Assembly: GCA_041690395.1 (NCBI GenBank)
Contig: JAWLHJ010000005.1
Coordinates: forward strand, 224,001 to 288,000
Source: Longimicrobiales bacterium
GTDB lineage: Bacteria; Gemmatimonadota; Gemmatimonadetes; Longimicrobiales; Gaopeijiaceae
Length of the DNA stretch: 64,000 nucleotides
Direction of reading: 5' to 3'
Both the position numbers and the translations under genes were made by a program. The notes under the pieces were generated by a model, which was given only the letters and a program-made list of their open reading frames with translations, had not been told where the DNA came from and searched no databases. Positions 63,426 to 64,000 of this stretch are shown here, one piece after another (position 1 is the stretch's first letter; each line of letters starts with the position of its first letter).

Positions 63426-63827
63426 ATGAACACCCTTCGTATGCTTGCCCTGTCGGCCGCCCTGATGACCGCGGTCGCGGCGTGTGGCGACTCCAACGTG
63501 ATCGGCCCCGACAACCAGCTCGAGGTCACGAACGCCCAGGACAACTTCCAGCTCCAGGTGAGCGCGCTGGACGAGGTCAGCCAGACCCTGGAGTACAGCT
63601 GGGAGAATACCGGCACCCAGGCGACGATCGACGTCTCGCAGGCCATCACCTCCGGGGCGGCCATGCTGACCATCACGGATGCGGACGGCACCGTGGTCTA
63701 CCAGGAAGACCTCGCGGACGACAGCGATGGTCAGACCCTCGTCGGGGTCGCCGGAGCGTGGGGCATCCGTGTCGTGCTCGACGGCGTGAACGGCACCTTC
63801 AACTTCCGTGCGCAGCGGACGACCTGA
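63426..63827 (+). CDS. Hypothetical lipoprotein (beta-rich)
   Basis: AAAGGA SD; MNTLRMLALSAALMTAVAA-C lipobox; codon usage like neighbouring genes. Confidence 0.8.
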   Translation: MNTLRMLALSAALMTAVAACGDSNVIGPDNQLEVTNAQDNFQLQVSALDEVSQTLEYSWENTGTQATIDVSQAITSGAAMLTITDADGTVVYQEDLADDSDGQTLVGVAGAWGIRVVLDGVNGTFNFRAQRTT

Positions 63828-63939
63828 CCGGGGCGTGCGCTCCCGAACCCGCCGCGGATTCCGGCGGGTGCCGTTCCCTTCGGCCGGCCGCTAACTTAGC
63901 GGGCCCCAACACTTGGACCAGCCGAAGGGAACGGAGCGC

Positions 63940-64000
63940 ATGCCGGAGAAGGACTCGGGCACGAGCAAGAAGCGGGTGTTCAGCGGAATGCAGCCGTCGG
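63940..64000 (+). CDS. trpS: Tryptophan--tRNA ligase, N-terminal fragment (runs off window)
   Basis: MPEKDSGTSKKRVFSGMQPS matches the TrpRS N-terminal RxFSGxQPxG motif; only 20 codons visible. Confidence 0.75.
   Translation, partial: MPEKDSGTSKKRVFSGMQPS

Overview
GC-rich bacterial chromosome segment. Gene order and content suggest Gemmatimonadota, but this is inference only. Most of it is core or semi-core: ruvB; queA...tgt-yajC-def-fmt-thiE-thiS-thiG-rsmB-PASTA protein; tlpA-ybbR-tsaD-lgt-phosphoesterase-tamA-tamB; htpX; uvrA; pspA; dat; chrA; hsp20; an iorAB-type molybdoenzyme; suhB; and the 5' end of trpS. It also encodes many exported hydrolases and a peptidoglycan-salvage cluster (namZ, nagZ, nagZ-amiE-like fusion, SSS transporter, BadF-type amino-sugar kinase). 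I saw no rRNA, tRNA, integrase, transposase or cas gene. The most unusual observations are: (1) an orphan lipoprotein with two tandem Hcp (T6SS tube) domains, in which short stretches match motifs of other contractile-injection-system families (HELTHVMQQ, NLTLKRGV); (2) a queA-X-tgt'/'queA-Y-tgt arrangement whose queA/tgt fragments are synonymously diverged, suggesting accessory genes accumulate at the queA-tgt junction; (3) a short degenerate palindromic repeat/spacer array flanked by tandem repeats at about 62.1 kb; (4) a candidate attenuator RNA upstream of sulP; (5) apparent leaderless promoters and CTG start codons. All functional calls come from recognising motifs by eye; no searches were run.
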